Shown here one piece after another: positions 1 to 12,960 of a DNA stretch of 64,000 nucleotides. This DNA is from Camelus dromedarius (taxonomy: Eukaryota), in contig NC_087447.1 in NCBI RefSeq assembly GCF_036321535.1, positions 12,772,001 to 12,836,000 on the forward strand, given 5' to 3'. Each line of letters opens with the position of its first letter. Positions within the stretch are counted from its first letter, which is position 1. The notes beneath the pieces are model-generated. The model made no database searches, had not been told where the DNA came from, and worked only from the letters and a program-made list of their open reading frames with translations. Position numbers and translations under genes: made by a program.

Positions 1-256
1 AATAACATGATGATGTTTCAAAGATACTTTTCGGCATTTAGTCGGTCAACCACTCAAAAAATTAATATGAAGAGAAAGGAAGAGGTGTCCTATTCCAGCT
101 CAGGCATGACGGAGTACGGGAAAGCAAAGAGAAGTTCATCAGAAATGGCCTCATTCTTCTCAGGCTTTGCCATTGGGTTAAAGTGAAATTTTGAAGATGT
201 CACTTTAGCATTGACGGTATTGAAAACTTAAAGGCGTCACATGAAATAGTCCATCA

Positions 257-385
257 TTTTACCTGTAATGATGCCTCTGTCTTGACTCCCTCATGTGTTT
301 CTTACACTTTGTAGTGAGAACAGTTTATGGATTTCTTTCCCCTTTGGAGACTCTCCCTGAGGAAATGCCAAGCAATTTGTTGATT
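257..385 (-). promoter_or_regulatory. OR promoter / non-coding first exon module of an OR8K gene lying left of the window
   Basis: O/E-like TCCCTGAGGA at 354-363; minus-strand donor CAG|GTAAAA at 257-265; homologous to the modules upstream of the six OR8K genes. Confidence 0.65.
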
Positions 386-392
386 ATCCCTA

Positions 393-502
393 AAGTATTG
401 AGAGCACAACAAAATGTCTGGAGATTGTCCTTTAATTGTCCCAAGTATTGAGAGCACAACAAAATGTCTGGAGATTGTCCTTTAATTGTCCTTTAATTGT
501 CC
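393..502. repeat. Perfect 50-bp tandem duplication plus an extra 11-bp copy (TTTAATTGTCC)
   Basis: 393-442 repeats at 443-491 (AAGTATTGAGAGCACAACAAAATGTCTGGAGATTGTCCTTTAATTGTCC); 492-502 repeats the last 11 bp. Confidence 0.95.
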
Positions 503-519
503 AATTTGTTTCCAGTGCC

Positions 520-605
520 TTTTCTTTCTCTCCTTCCTTTCTTCCTTCCTGACTTCCTGTCTGTATTCTTTCCTCCCTTCCTCCTTTCTTCCCTGCCTTC
601 CATTT
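520..605. repeat. Pyrimidine-rich (TTCC/TTTC) low-complexity tract
   Basis: Degenerate CTTC/CTTT runs read directly. Confidence 0.7.
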
Positions 606-982
606 TTCACTCTTGGTTAAACCAAGCTCCTTTTGTAGCCCTAAGGACACTCGATTAAAGCATTGTGCCTATCGGGCACGCCAGTCAGGAGTCAGCACCT
701 CCACAGTGGTCTTCTCAAACGTATGACCTGTAGAAATGTTTAAACACGGCCTTGTTACATCACTTACACATTTTTAAGGAATTAAAATAGCACATGATGC
801 TGCTATGAGGTGTTGCCTCCTGGCTTTGTTGCCCATGTGACTGTTTTTACTTGTCCCTCAGAGACAGAAAAGAGTCACTGTTACTTCTCATTTCATTCTG
901 ACTTTCTCTCATAGGTCTGTTCACCACTTCTGTGCTGCTGCTTTTCCCCTTGACTGCATAGTGCACCGTTAGTTATTCCATT

Positions 983-1841
983 CTGTGCAGCCCCTTTCCA
1001 GTACAGACCTATTCCATCACCACAAGTGCCCTTGCCATGGAATTACTCCCAAAGACAGCCTAAGAAAGCAAAGACCTTCATGTGCCTCCAGCTGTAGAAG
1101 CACTAATCTGAGATAACAGGTAGGCGACAGTGGGATGGGACTGTCCCAGCACTAAGAAGGCAATTATGATCGAAATGACAAAGTCCCCTTATGGACTGAA
1201 AAGTTTTCTTGAGGCTAATTTCCCTAAGAATTGGCAAAAGTGCTGGCTGCCTGTCATTTCATGTCTCCGGCCCCAGCCAGTCAGCCTCCCAATGCAAGCC
1301 AGACATCCTGCACCCTCAGCTGGCAGAAACCTGGGGGGACATTCCTGCTGGTTACAAGCTCTCAGGACACATAAAAAGGCGTGTGGGGCCAAATGACATC
1401 CTTCAAAGTCCAGTGACCCCCGATTCTGGGCTCTCAGATGTCTGCCTGTGATCCCGCAACACAGAAGTACATTCTTTACTGGGTGTTTGTGCCCCAACAA
1501 ACTAACAGCCCTAGGTAATGCCTAACCTCACAGCTGCTCAGGCTGGCCTGTTTCAGCCCACCTTATGAGAGTCCTAAACCCCACTGCCCTTCACAGACCC
1601 TAAATGTCTTACCTCTCCTACAACCAATCAGAGCCTTGTGCACAAGCTGATCATGCACCTGTGACCCTCCCCTATGAAAGACCCCAGAAGCTGGCCCTCG
1701 GTGCTCACACAGGCCCCTCTCATCTGTGTGGCTGCTGTCGTCTCCGACTGCACCCCTCGTAAACTCCTTTACTCTTCTCCTCCTTCATCTTTGGTAGATT
1801 CTTTCACCTCCAGAGACACCGGCCCGCTGTGTTCCCCAACA
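983..1841 (+). mobile_element. Probable ERV solo LTR
   Basis: GC-richer block interrupting sequence homologous to about 12090-12120; CCAAT box (CAACCAATCAG, about 1621), TATA-like CTATGAAAG (about 1672), ends ...CCCCAACA; left boundary uncertain. Confidence 0.4.
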
Positions 1842-1846
1842 AGGAG

Positions 1847-2690
1847 TGTTGCTGAACGCAAGTTCTTGTGCCTGATGCACAGTGAGGCCAAATCGACCTA
1901 AACATTGGGGTCTGGAGCAGATCTGTTGCAGGGCTGAGCAAGGAGGACTGGTGGTTCATGCTCAAAAGATGTGAAATTCCCTGGCAGTTTGCAGGGAAGA
2001 GTTTTTATAGGCAAAATTGGAGGGAGAGCCACAGGGTGTGTGGCCCTTCTCTGATTGTTTTGTGGTGAGATAACAGGTGTTCTAGGAACCTTGCGCTCAG
2101 CCTGAATTTGCCTTCCTCCACCTGGGTGGGGGCCTTAGTCCTGCAGAAGAACACAAAGGTACATTACTATCTGCGTATGTCTCTTGAGGAGGAACCAGGA
2201 CCCTGCTTATCTGTGCACTATTGTTTCTTGGCTGCTGCTCCTTTGTGTCTGTGTTCCCTCACATCCCTGGTTAGTAATTGTTTGAATCTACCCTTTGGAA
2301 CCCAGGCTGAAGCCTTTTCCCTACAAACATGGGATGGGGGAAACAGAAAGGCTTTTGTATCCAAGAGGGACCCACTGGGTCTTGCTCTGTTTCAAGAGAC
2401 CCTCATTTATAGATTTTCCTCCTTATGGTAAACAACACAAAAGACAGAGACAAAGGAAAACAATGACAGTTTCTGGGAAGCTAACAATCAGTGATAAATC
2501 AAGGGCATCCGGAACCAAATTCACATGGGTCACAACTCAAGGAACTAATTCTTAGAAATTCATTTTCTCATGTCCGAATTTGGAAAAGAAGGGACAAAAG
2601 GAAAATTTTGTCTTCCTCTCTTAACTTGGCACTGCAGGCAGAGACCTGAGAGAATGACGTGGTAAGAATATTTACCTTTGATGGCTTTAG
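1847..2690 (-). mobile_element. ERV1-like LTR and internal-leader fragments
   Basis: Begins TGTTG (LTR end CAACA on minus); 2560-2690 resembles a class I ERV leader (AAAGGTAAATATTCTTACC on minus). Confidence 0.4.
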
Positions 2691-2869
2691 ATCACAGGAA
2701 AAACTTATGTGCTTATTTACCATCTTTCTATGTTATTTGATAAAGCAATTGTTCAAACATTTTACCCGTTCTGGAGATATTATTATTTACTATTATTGTT
2801 TTGTGATTTCTCTACATATTATGGAACAATCCTTTTATGAAATAGGTTACCTGAAAATAATGTTTTCCA

Positions 2870-4800
2870 GAATGTAAGTTGTTTTTACATCCTCTTAAGT
2901 GTATCTTTTGAAAAATAAAAGATTTAATTTTGAAGTTTTCTAATGTATCAAGTTTTTATTTTATTGATTTTACTTTTGTTGTTTTATCTAAGAAGTCTTT
3001 ACATTTCCCAAGTCATGAATATTTTCTACTATGTTTTATTCTGAAATTTTTAGACTTTTCAGTACTACATTTACATCTATGATACACTTTTTTGTGTCTC
3101 TTTGTATGAGTTATAGATCAAAGTTCAATATTTTGCATACGTATATCTAATTAGTCTGTCCCTATTTGTTGAAAAGTTTATCCTTTCTTCATGAAATGCC
3201 CTTTTCCTTTTGCCTTGTAGAAAATTTGTTGCTCATCCAGGCATGAGTCTGTTTCAGGTCTATCAATCTTGTTTCATTGATCTGTTTGTCATTTCTTATA
3301 CCAGTACCACTTTTAAAAAAATAACTATAGCTTTGGAATATGACTAGACACTATTTAGTGTTCTCTTAGTGTTTGCATTACATTACTTCTTTTTTTCTAA
3401 GTTAATTAAGCTATTCTAGGTTTTTTTTGCATTCATTTATATATTTTGGTTTCAGCTTCTCAATTCCTACCAAAAAAAAAAAAAAAAAAATGCCTGTTTG
3501 GATTTTTATTGGATTCGCATTAAGAAAAATGTAGTATTTTAACAATATTGAATAACCCAGCAAATAATTATAGTATGGCTCTCATTTATTTCGTGTTAGT
3601 CTTCTTTAATGTTTTTCAGAAATGTTTCCTAATGTTTAGTGTACAGGCCTTACAAATTTTTTTCAGATTTATCTTTAAGTATTTTATAGTTTTGATACAT
3701 TTGTAATAGGTACTTGAAAATTCCACCTCTAATTTTTGATTGCTTATGTACAGAAATTTAAAAAAAAATTGTGTGCGGATCTTTCTTTTGAAATCATGCT
3801 AAATTCACGTTAGTTCAATTTTTTCTACAGATTCCATTAGATTTCCACCTCTATAATCTTGCTCTGTATCAATAAATACAGTTTAACTTCCTGCTTTCCA
3901 ATCTGACTTTTTCTCTTCTTTTTCCTTGCCATATTGTGTTGGGCATGTCAACTAAAAAAAAAAAAAAAATGCAAAACCTAAAAATTGAGAATTCTGTTTT
4001 ACTCAACAGACTTGCTGAGGACCTAAGCCTGAAAGACAGCCTCTCAGATAGTTCTGAGGGACTGCTCTAAAGTTAAGGAAGTAGCTAATACATATAGGAG
4101 GTTTTGGTAACAAAAACCAGGTAGTCAGGAACAGCAAAAGATTACTTTGAGTTAAAGAAAAACAAACACTTCAAATTAATGAATTTAGTGCTTTCCTATG
4201 TGTGGGAAAGATGCCGGAGGCTGGGCTCATTGAAATCATTACTTGATGTGCACCTTCACTACCTAGGGCCAGTATCCTGCTCTTCTCCATCCTGAGTTCC
4301 CTCAGGGCACACAGCTAGGGGTGGCTGCAGTGGCTGATGGCTTGATGGCTGCACCATACTTTGTTTGCTGATATGGCAGGGGACAGACTCATTCACAGAT
4401 ATAACCTCCAGTACCATTTGAATGTAGTTGAAAAGAAGAGGCTTACTTGCCTTGGTTCTGATTTAATGAAAATGTATTTGAGTTTTTAATATGATATGTG
4501 ATGTTCCCTGCAGGTTTTTCACTGGTTCCCTTTTATCAGTTTTAGGGAGTTCCATTTATTCATTTGGTCAAAGTTTTTATTCCTAAAACATATTGAAACT
4601 TTAACATGTTTTGCTGAATTTATTGAGATGTCAGAAAAATTTTTCCTTTTTACTCTCTTAATATGGTAATTTTAATTTTGAATGATAAAGCCCATTTCTG
4701 GGATAAGGCTAACATGGTACATTGTTGTTTCTACATATTGCTAGATTCAATTTGCTAGAATTTTTATTAAAATTGTTGCATAATGGGCATAACTTATACT
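2870..4800 (-). mobile_element. Old L1 (L1M-type) ORF2/3' fragments, interrupted by an LTR at 3946-4397
   Basis: T-rich antisense L1-like text (e.g. CCAGTACCAC...AACTATAGCTTT; AACCTCCAGTAC...TTGAATG); no open frame. Confidence 0.65.
3946..4397 (-). mobile_element. ERV1-type LTR common in cetartiodactyls
   Basis: TGTCAAC...TTCACA termini; contains GACAGCCTCTCAGATAGTTCTGAGGGACTGCTC and GGGCCAGTATCCTG, recalled from ungulate LTRs; splits an L1 fragment. Confidence 0.55.
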
Positions 4801-5341
4801 GCTGTGTTTTCTTATAATGCTATATTATATTCTAATATTCTTCACAATATCAAATGAAACATTTCAGTTGTGTTCCAATTTCTGATTTAATTTTTATATT
4901 TTGTGTAAAAATATACAACTTACTAAGATAAATTATATGTGTACTTAATAATGAAATAGAAAATAACCTTTAAAATGAATAATATATAATAACAAAATTT
5001 GTAAATCTTGAAACATTTTGGTCTTTCTTATTGTTTATCATTTGAAGGAGTATAAAAGCCACATCAAGATTTATTTTAGAAATGAGAGATTGTGTTATGT
5101 TTAGTCATAGTTTATTTGTTTTTCAAATCCACATATTAGAGGGTTTTTTTTCCTTTTCTTACAAGAATGTTAATAAAAAATCACTGAAAATAACTTGAGG
5201 ACGTGACTAAGAAGTATTAATTAAACATTTTCATAATCTAGCAGTCACCAATAACTAATGTTAGCATTTCACTGTATATCTGTCCAAGGTACATTTTCTG
5301 GAAACCAAAATTTATTTGTCTACATTTATCTTTGCAAAGAT

Positions 5342-5819
5342 TGTTGCTGCAGAATAGCTGCTGTGCCCTGAAAGCCAGATGCAGACTTGGAGGCAGAGTT
5401 TTGGGGAAAAAAAGAACAGCTTTATTGCTTCGCCAGGCAAATGCCTTAGAGACTGTGCATCTGTCTTGGAGTTAAGGCCTTGAAGTTTTGAAGAAAAACT
5501 AGATGGAACAGAAAAGGTAATAACAACCAGGAGACTTACAGGGCACTGCTACATTTCTCTTAACCTTGATGAATCTTTCTGGCATCATGGGGGAACTGTG
5601 GAGGGTCTGACCATTCTTCTGAGATTATCTATCAGCTCATGAGCTTCTTCCTGGAGTGTATCCTCTGGATTAAAACTGTTGTAAAGAATGTAAGGGAGAA
5701 ATTGGGGGATTGCTTAGCACAAAAGCAGTAAGGGAGAGAGAGCAAATTGCTGGATTTCCTGGAAAGAATCCACAAACAGTTTTAACATCAGGGAAGTTAG
5801 TTCATTTCCTACTCCTTCA
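5342..5819 (-). mobile_element. ERV1-type solo LTR, same family as 28959-29421
   Basis: TG...CA termini, imperfect 4-bp TSD AGAT/AGTT, CTTTATT (AATAAAG on minus) near 5420; its reverse complement aligns with 28959-29075. Confidence 0.7.
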
Positions 5820-7443
5820 AGTTCATCCTCAGTACATATTTTTTCTTAATAATTAAAATAATCAACTATTTAAACACTTTATTATTATTTAATCTCATTT
5901 GCAAATATACATGTAATTTTTTAATTCCAATGATTTATTCTTATTTAAATTTGATTGACTACATAGAAAATTTTATCCCATGATGGTGGACAATCAGTCC
6001 AGTCTCTCTATTATGTAAATAAAGTTTCATAAATGTTAAAAATATTACAATTAAACAAAAAGGTGGAAATTTAGAAGGGCTAGAAGATGTTTGTTGAGAA
6101 ACATAACATATAAATACAATTGCTACGTATCTTACTACATTTTCACTAGAAATATAAGGTAGACGAAATCATGGGATTCTCCCCTTTGCTTCCTACAGGG
6201 AGTTTATCAAACCAAGACAGTCAAACACTAGATCCTAATAAAAGATATTGCACACTCATAGGAACCAATATTTAACCCAATAAGAGGCAACAAACCTAGT
6301 TCAATAGAGCAGATCTCTCATGCAAAGATACAGAAATGATGGAAAAGCAATTTTAATCAAGAAGTATTTTTTTTTCAGAGAGATAAGGAAATGTAGCAAT
6401 CCTATTAGACACAAACAAACAGTTAGAAATCAAGATTCCTATGAAATGTAAATAAACATTTTTAAAATTGGAAGCTTCCATGGAGGACCTCAAGAAATTT
6501 CTTTTTGTTTTCTTCCAGCTTTACTGACAGAATTGACAGATAATAACACTGATATAGTGCAATATGATTACAATTTAGCATTAGCTAACACCTCAGATCA
6601 CATGATTACCATTTCTTTTTTGTGGTGACAATTTTTAAGACCGATTCTCTTAACAACTTTCCAGTACACAGCACAGTACTGTTAATTACAGTCAAGAAAA
6701 CATGTCTTAATTGGCATTTCCACTTCTGTAGAGACACAGACTGACTTAGATTACGAAGATGTGCTGACTTTTGTGAGTTACTGAATCCCTGAGTAAGTTG
6801 AGCTAATAGACTTTGCAGGACGTAGATATGAAAACAACTGCACTGATGAGAATAGAACAGGATCCTAAGATCCCCCATGTGGTATGGGAGCATCTGAACA
6901 AATTCAGATGATTGATGTGTTCAAATCATTACACTACAATGAGCCTCTTTGAAACCACAATAAGTTCAAGTTTAACACATGCCTTAGACGAGTATGAAGC
7001 CAAAACAGAAGGGTGTACTTACACAAAAACACATGCACCTGCCCAAATATACGTGTAGACAAGGGGAAGTTTATTCTAATAGTTGAAAATAACAATAATC
7101 ATCTGAACTCCCCTTTTGTACCTACTATTCATCCTCACGCCCATCTGGTATACCCAATCTCCTTATCTGCTCTTAGAGTCTGTAACGTCCTCATGCATTC
7201 TGAGGTATGATAAAATTTACTTAATTATATTTATAATTCATCTTTCCTCATCAAGGAAGGCAGACAGTGTTTGCAGTTTTATGTGCTAATGTATGTACAA
7301 TGCATAGAAGTGTGACTGGCACATAGAAGACCATCTCTATATGGGTTTTGAACATATTTGTGCTTGTTACTCCTTTTGGAGACACATGGAGCAAAGTTTG
7401 AAGCCTGCAACCTAATGCACAGGATTCCTACAGTACATAAACT

Positions 7444-8385
7444 TTAAGAGAAAACATTGTATAGTTTTTTCCACGTCCTTTGTAGGGCACATTTCACATC
7501 TTTGTTCCTCAAGCTATAGATCAAGGGATTTAACATGGGGATGACAAGGGCATAAAATATAGATGCCACTTTATCAGTGTCAAAGGAATGACTGGACTCT
7601 GGTTGCACATACATAAAAATCAAAGTCCCGTAGAACACTGTGACCACTGTCAGGTGGGATCCACAGGTAGAAAAAGCCTTGTGCCGACCTTCAGCAGAGT
7701 TCATCTTGAGAACGGATTCAAGAATGAGCAGGTAAGACACGAGAATTATCAGAAGGGAGAAAATCAAATTAAAACCTGCTAAGATCAGAATAATCAGTTC
7801 AATTTCATGAGTGTTTGAGCAGAGCAAAGATATCAAAGGAAGACTGTCACAGTAGAAATGCTTAATGACATTGTAGCCACAGAAGGATAAATTAAATATC
7901 TTTACAGTGACTAGAAGAGAAACAAATGTGCTGTAGAGATAGGGGACTGCCACCAGCACCCGACACACCCTTTGAGACATGACGACTGTGTAGAGCAGAG
8001 GGTTACAGATGGCCACGTAGCGGTCATAGGACATTGCCGACAGAATGAAAAGTTCACTAATGATGAACACAAGAAAGAAAGCTAGTTGTGAGGCACAGAA
8101 ATAATAGGAGATTTTATTTTGATCTGCAACAAAGTTTACCAACATTTTGGGTCCTACGGTAGTTGAATAACCCAGATCGGTAAAAGCCAGGTGTCTGAGG
8201 AAGAAGTACATGGGTGTCTGCAGCCTGGAGTCCACCTTGGTGAGGATGACCATGCCCAAGTTGCCCACCACTGAGATCACATAGATGACGAGGAAGAGCC
8301 CAAATAACGGAGCCTGCAGCTCAGGGTGGTCTGTGATGCCCATGAGAATGAATTTGCTCAGCACTGTTTGATTGTAGTTTTCCAT
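7444..8385 (-). CDS. OR8K3: Olfactory receptor, OR8K3-like (copy 1), 313 aa
   Basis: Intronless 7TM ORF with [29 protein letters not shown] and [15 protein letters not shown]; closely resembles human OR8K3 as recalled; splice acceptor TCTCTATTCAG at 8409-8425. The symbol marks the closest family member, not proven orthology. Confidence 0.93.
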   Translation of the reverse strand: MENYNQTVLSKFILMGITDHPELQAPLFGLFLVIYVISVVGNLGMVILTKVDSRLQTPMYFFLRHLAFTDLGYSTTVGPKMLVNFVADQNKISYYFCASQLAFFLVFIISELFILSAMSYDRYVAICNPLLYTVVMSQRVCRVLVAVPYLYSTFVSLLVTVKIFNLSFCGYNVIKHFYCDSLPLISLLCSNTHEIELIILILAGFNLIFSLLIILVSYLLILESVLKMNSAEGRHKAFSTCGSHLTVVTVFYGTLIFMYVQPESSHSFDTDKVASIFYALVIPMLNPLIYSLRNKDVKCALQRTWKKLYNVFS

Positions 8386-8585
8386 CCAGACTTATTAGAG
8401 AAGGTATTCTGAATAGAGACATCAGCATAGTCAATAGATTTTATGAATTATCTCCTCTGAGATGTGTTAGTATGCAAAGCTAGTGTGAATAAGATTCATT
8501 TAAACATTCCAGGTTAGAATATTTGAAAATAGACTCATCTGCCAGACATTAAAATCTAGAGATAGAAAAAAATATGGAAATAGAT

Positions 8586-8736
8586 CAGTGGTTCTCTAAT
8601 GTAGTGATTTTACTCCTCAGATAATATTTAATGGTTTGAGGCCAGTTAAGCTGTTCAGTATTTCACTGTATTTACTTTCCAAACTGTAACAATATTCAGC
8701 CAGTGGTCACAATTGTATCAAAGCTGAGAAACCCTG
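8586..8736 (+). mobile_element. MER20 (hAT-Charlie), internally deleted
   Basis: Starts CAGTGGTTCTC, ends GAGAAACCCTG. Confidence 0.7.
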
Positions 8737-11122
8737 ATGATACACATATAGACAGATATAGAGAGACAGACAGACAGAGTTACATAAATATGGATAACAA
8801 AACAAAAAAGAAAGCACAATAAAACAATGTTAAAGCTTCACGTATTAAATATATAGGCAGTTATTTAACCATTCTTTAAAATTTTCCTTTTACTATTTAT
8901 ATGGTACAATCACATAATGACATTTATAAAATGCATCAATAATAGAACATAATACATATGACAATTATATAATAAAAATTTCAAACCACAAATTCCAAAA
9001 GTTCATTTAACCCACTACTCAAAACATAGTCCTATGAAAGATTTTATACCTTCAGGTGGTACTGGCTGAAAAGTTAGTGCTTGGCAGATACGGATAAGTG
9101 TATGAATAAGGAAAGTATAATGGGTCTCAGTTGGGATTATTTTTGTGTATATGGTGAAACATACTGGGAAATATGTGTATGTAAATACAGTTTCTGCCGT
9201 ACCTTATGTATGGTATAGACAAAGGGTTAATTGGGCAAATAGTGTAAATTATCTAAAACTGTTTGTTCTCCTATACAAAGCAAAGTATTTTGCAGGATTG
9301 TTGGAAAGGATAAAGATTCCATGATTCAATGAGTCTCTGTTACCTGGAAGTATTTTTCAAATGTCAAATATATAGTTCTTTGTTTTTTTCTTTTTTAATA
9401 GTGATGGTAACTCTCCTGGAAAAGGTTTTATATATAAATTCATTCTCTGGAATGTGACTCCTTTGGCGGAGCTATAGTGTTGGATAGGTGAGGAATTGGA
9501 AGGCTGTAACACATGCAACTTACCCCAGTCCCTACCCCCTATTCACGAGTAAACTTGAACAATTGAGTTGTTATTCTTTGGGATTACTTATCTTCTAATT
9601 TTAATCCATTTTACCAGCATTTTAATGCAAGTTCTTTTGATATAAATTTGCTTAAAATATTTTTCCCCTTGCAGCATTTTCATTAAGATTGAAATACACT
9701 ACCTTGTGTGTAACAAATCAGAAGCACTATGTCATGCAAGAAACTAGGGAACTACAAAGAAATCTGGGCCAACTGGGAGGAAAAGAGGTCACTGGTAGTG
9801 GTTTTACATAGTGAAGCTTTGTAAAAATTCCCTTTGGATTATGGGATACAATACTTTTTTTTTTTGATACAATACTTTAAAGAAAAAAATGTTTAAAATC
9901 ATGATGATGCACGATACCATAGACACAAGATAAAACGCGCCAAAGATGAGACATACATGGATTCCTAGATGTGATTTGAAATCCTTCTGCACATTAAGCC
10001 CACAGGAACTCTTTCAAACTATGATAAAGCACATAAGTCAGATAACCATGTATATAATGACATGAAATGTATCTAAAATACCTTAAAAACCCACAGATAA
10101 AAAATTAGAGAATAGTAGGAGGTGAATCACATGTTAAGGTAAGATAATTATTTTTGGTTTAAAACTTCCGGGCATCAGAGCTCCTGGGTTTTTGTTGTTG
10201 TTATTGTTTGTTTTTTATTTTCTCTCTTTTTTTTTTTTAAGGAATAGAAATTATTCTTTTTAAATGAAATTGCAAATCAAGAGTCTCTGAGTGGGCTCTA
10301 AGCAGACAAAAATATAGAATTTCACCACATTAAATATAAAGGTAATTACATGCAATTTACGCTAAATTACTGAAAATGTTGCTTCTAAATTAGTGATCTT
10401 CTGCTATTCTACACTGCCTTGAAGCACACACTTTTTTTTTTTTTTAAGAAACCTGGAAATGTGCATCAGTAGACTGTAATATTAGAGAAATAGTAAACCC
10501 AATAAAGAGGGGGATAAATCTTGGTTTTTGCTTGTTTTTTTTTTTTGTTTGTTTGTTTGTTTTCTTTTCTTTTCTTTTCTTTTTGTTTCCCTTTACTATC
10601 ATGGAAGGCTAAAAAAGCAAACAGCACATGGTAAGTACCAATTTTCCCATAAGGTAAGGGAAGATAAAATCATTTTCCCACACCGGCTTTTGAGTTCGAT
10701 GGAAAGAACCAAATTGTTCTTTCACAGTTTAGTATCTCTGTTGAATATTCAGTTTTTATTTTTTTGAAGCTATACTCTTTGAGATAATTATATCTGGTTT
10801 CTGTCAGATCTCACTAGACAATGAAGCATATGCTGAATATTGCATCATTAACATAAAACTGGGTGCTTAAAAGGCTCCTAGTGTCCCAGTAAAGCCTTTC
10901 CCACCTCAGTGTGAGGTGGCAACCTCTTTTTTCCTCATCAAGTTATCAAATGAGAATTCTCTTTCTATGGTTATTTAAATGATCATTTAAAGTTAAATTA
11001 CCTTTGAAAGGATTACAAAAACAGTCCAGCATCACTAAAAGAGTATTTGGAAGGACATCAAAATGAGAGACTGAATACCTGCAGTTTCTTAATTTTGGCA
11101 ATTAAAAAATTTCGCACCTCTC

Positions 11123-11197
11123 TTTTTTAATGGAGGTGCTGGGGATCGAACCCGGGACCTTGTACATGCGCTCTACCACTGAGCTATACCCTCCCCC
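11123..11197 (-). mobile_element. tRNA-Ala-derived SINE (Vic-1-like), anticodon arm deleted
   Basis: Minus strand GGGGGAGGGTATAGCTCAGTGGTAGAGCGCATGTACAAGGTCCCGGGTTCGATCCCCAGCACCTCCATTAAAAAA; A and B boxes, A tail, imperfect flanking repeat CACCTCTCTT/CACCTCCCTT. Confidence 0.85.
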
Positions 11198-11483
11198 ATC
11201 ACCTCCCTTAAAAGAAGTATTTTACAAACAATACGACAATGATTCAAAGAGGCATATGAGCATTTAGCCTCTCAATCCATGTGACAGTATTCAACAATTT
11301 AGAAGAAAGAAAGAGTTCCTATTCTTGCTCTAGCATTATGGCTGTTAGAAAGAAAACAGGACTGAATCAGAAATGGGCACATTTGGCTTTGGCTTTGCCG
11401 TGGAATTAGAGTGGAACTTGGCAAATGTCACTGAGACAGTGCGGATATTGGTAGCATACGGTACCACGTGAAATATGCTATCA

Positions 11484-11670
11484 TTTTTACCTTTAATGAA
11501 GCCTCTGTCTTGACTCCCATATGTATTTCTTAACATGGCATATTGAGAACAATTTATATATTTTGTTCACCTTTTGAGACTCTCCCGGAGGAGATGCCAA
11601 GCAATTTGTTGATTATCCCTAAAGCACAGGAGAGCACAGCAAAATGCCTGGAGGTCGTTCAATAATTGTC
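11484..11670 (-). promoter_or_regulatory. Promoter / first non-coding exon of OR copy 1
   Basis: O/E-like TCCCGGAGGA 11583-11592, TAATTG 11663-11668, donor AAG|GTAAAA (GT at 11490-11489); 3.1 kb upstream of the ATG. Confidence 0.65.
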
Positions 11671-12359
11671 AAGGACAATTTGTATTCACCAGTGAGTAAA
11701 TGTATTATTTGTTTAATTCCTATTTTTCACTCTTAGTTAACTTTCCATTTGTACCACACAGGACTCGTGAGTAAATGGTTGGATGTTTAGGACCAGATGA
11801 TCAAGAGCGCCTGAACCCACAGAGGTCTCCTCAAGTGGGTAACATGGTGGAGAAGTGTTAAATTCTGTCCTATTACATTCTTTGAAAAATTTAAATAGAG
11901 TAAAAATGATGCATTAGGGAAATGTGACCTGTTATTTCCTTGATTTCAGTTGTTTTTGTTGTTTTCCTTCCCTCTGAAGCAGGCATCTGTTACTCATTTT
12001 TCCTCACTTCATAGAGTGTTGCCATCTTTGACTAGTTACAACTTCTCTTTTGATATGTTTTTTCCGTAATTGCATGTTGCAGCATTTCATTTATTCCATT
12101 CTGTGCAATTCCTACTCCAATTTTTCTTTCCCACCTAGAAATGTTCTACTAATCTACGAACTCAGTATATCTTACAGTTCATTCAGATCTTCGATTTATT
12201 AATCAGCCTACTTTTCCACATACATATCCTGCACATTTTCTGAGTTTCTTACTATTTCATTACACTTGTGTGATTGTAAGTTGTACATGTATATACAAGT
12301 GAGTATATACATATATATTTTGATTTCTGCATGTTATTTATATACATATATAAATTAAC

Positions 12360-12960
12360 ATCTTGCTGAACTCACTTTGTGGGGAGAATTCCTTGAGATT
12401 TTTCTATTCAACAGCATGTTGTTTGCAGTTACAGACCATCTTACTTCTTCTTTTCCAAGATGATGACTTTTATGCATCCCCCCCTTTTTTTTTTGTACTT
12501 TCTGGGATTTCCTGTTTGATCTGCTTTATACAACGATAGATGTATGCATTTTAGATTTTTTTGTAATTTAATTTTGGATTATTTACTCTTTTAAGTCAGC
12601 ATCCTTTCCTCTGCATAATAATTTTGAAAGTCATCCATGTTTTCATTGTACCAATAATTCACTACTTTTTATAGCTCTGTGATATTCACTTGCTTGGATA
12701 GCCCACAATTTGTTTATCTATTCTCAAGTGGATGAACTTCTGGATTGTTTTCAGTGTCTGACTGCCACAAATAAAGATTATATGGACATTTGCATACATG
12801 TATTTGTAATGAAATGTGCTTTCATATCTTGTGGGTAAATACAGGGCAGTGGAATAGCTAAATACTATGTTAGAGTCATGTTTAATTTTTAAGACAGTGA
12901 ATCTTAAATCAGATGGTTTACAATATTTATATATCATTTTATTTTCTATCAGTAATGAAT
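12360..12960 (-). mobile_element. Old L1 fragments
   Basis: Antisense L1 3'-like text (TTGGATAGCCCACAATTTGTTTATCTATTCTC; GGGTAAATAC...GTGGAATAGCT). Confidence 0.6.

Noticed and set aside
393-502. Repeat-spacer or CRISPR-like pattern
   Set aside because: Head-to-tail duplication with no unique spacers, in a mammalian context
432-650. 72-aa minus-strand ORF rich in K/E/G
   Set aside because: Produced by the pyrimidine-rich simple repeat and the tandem duplication
1130-2555. Several 70-107-aa ORFs
   Set aside because: They lie within LTR/ERV fragments and show no recognisable domain
11123-11197. Possible tRNA-Ala gene
   Set aside because: No anticodon arm, and it has an A tail and flanking repeats, so it is a SINE
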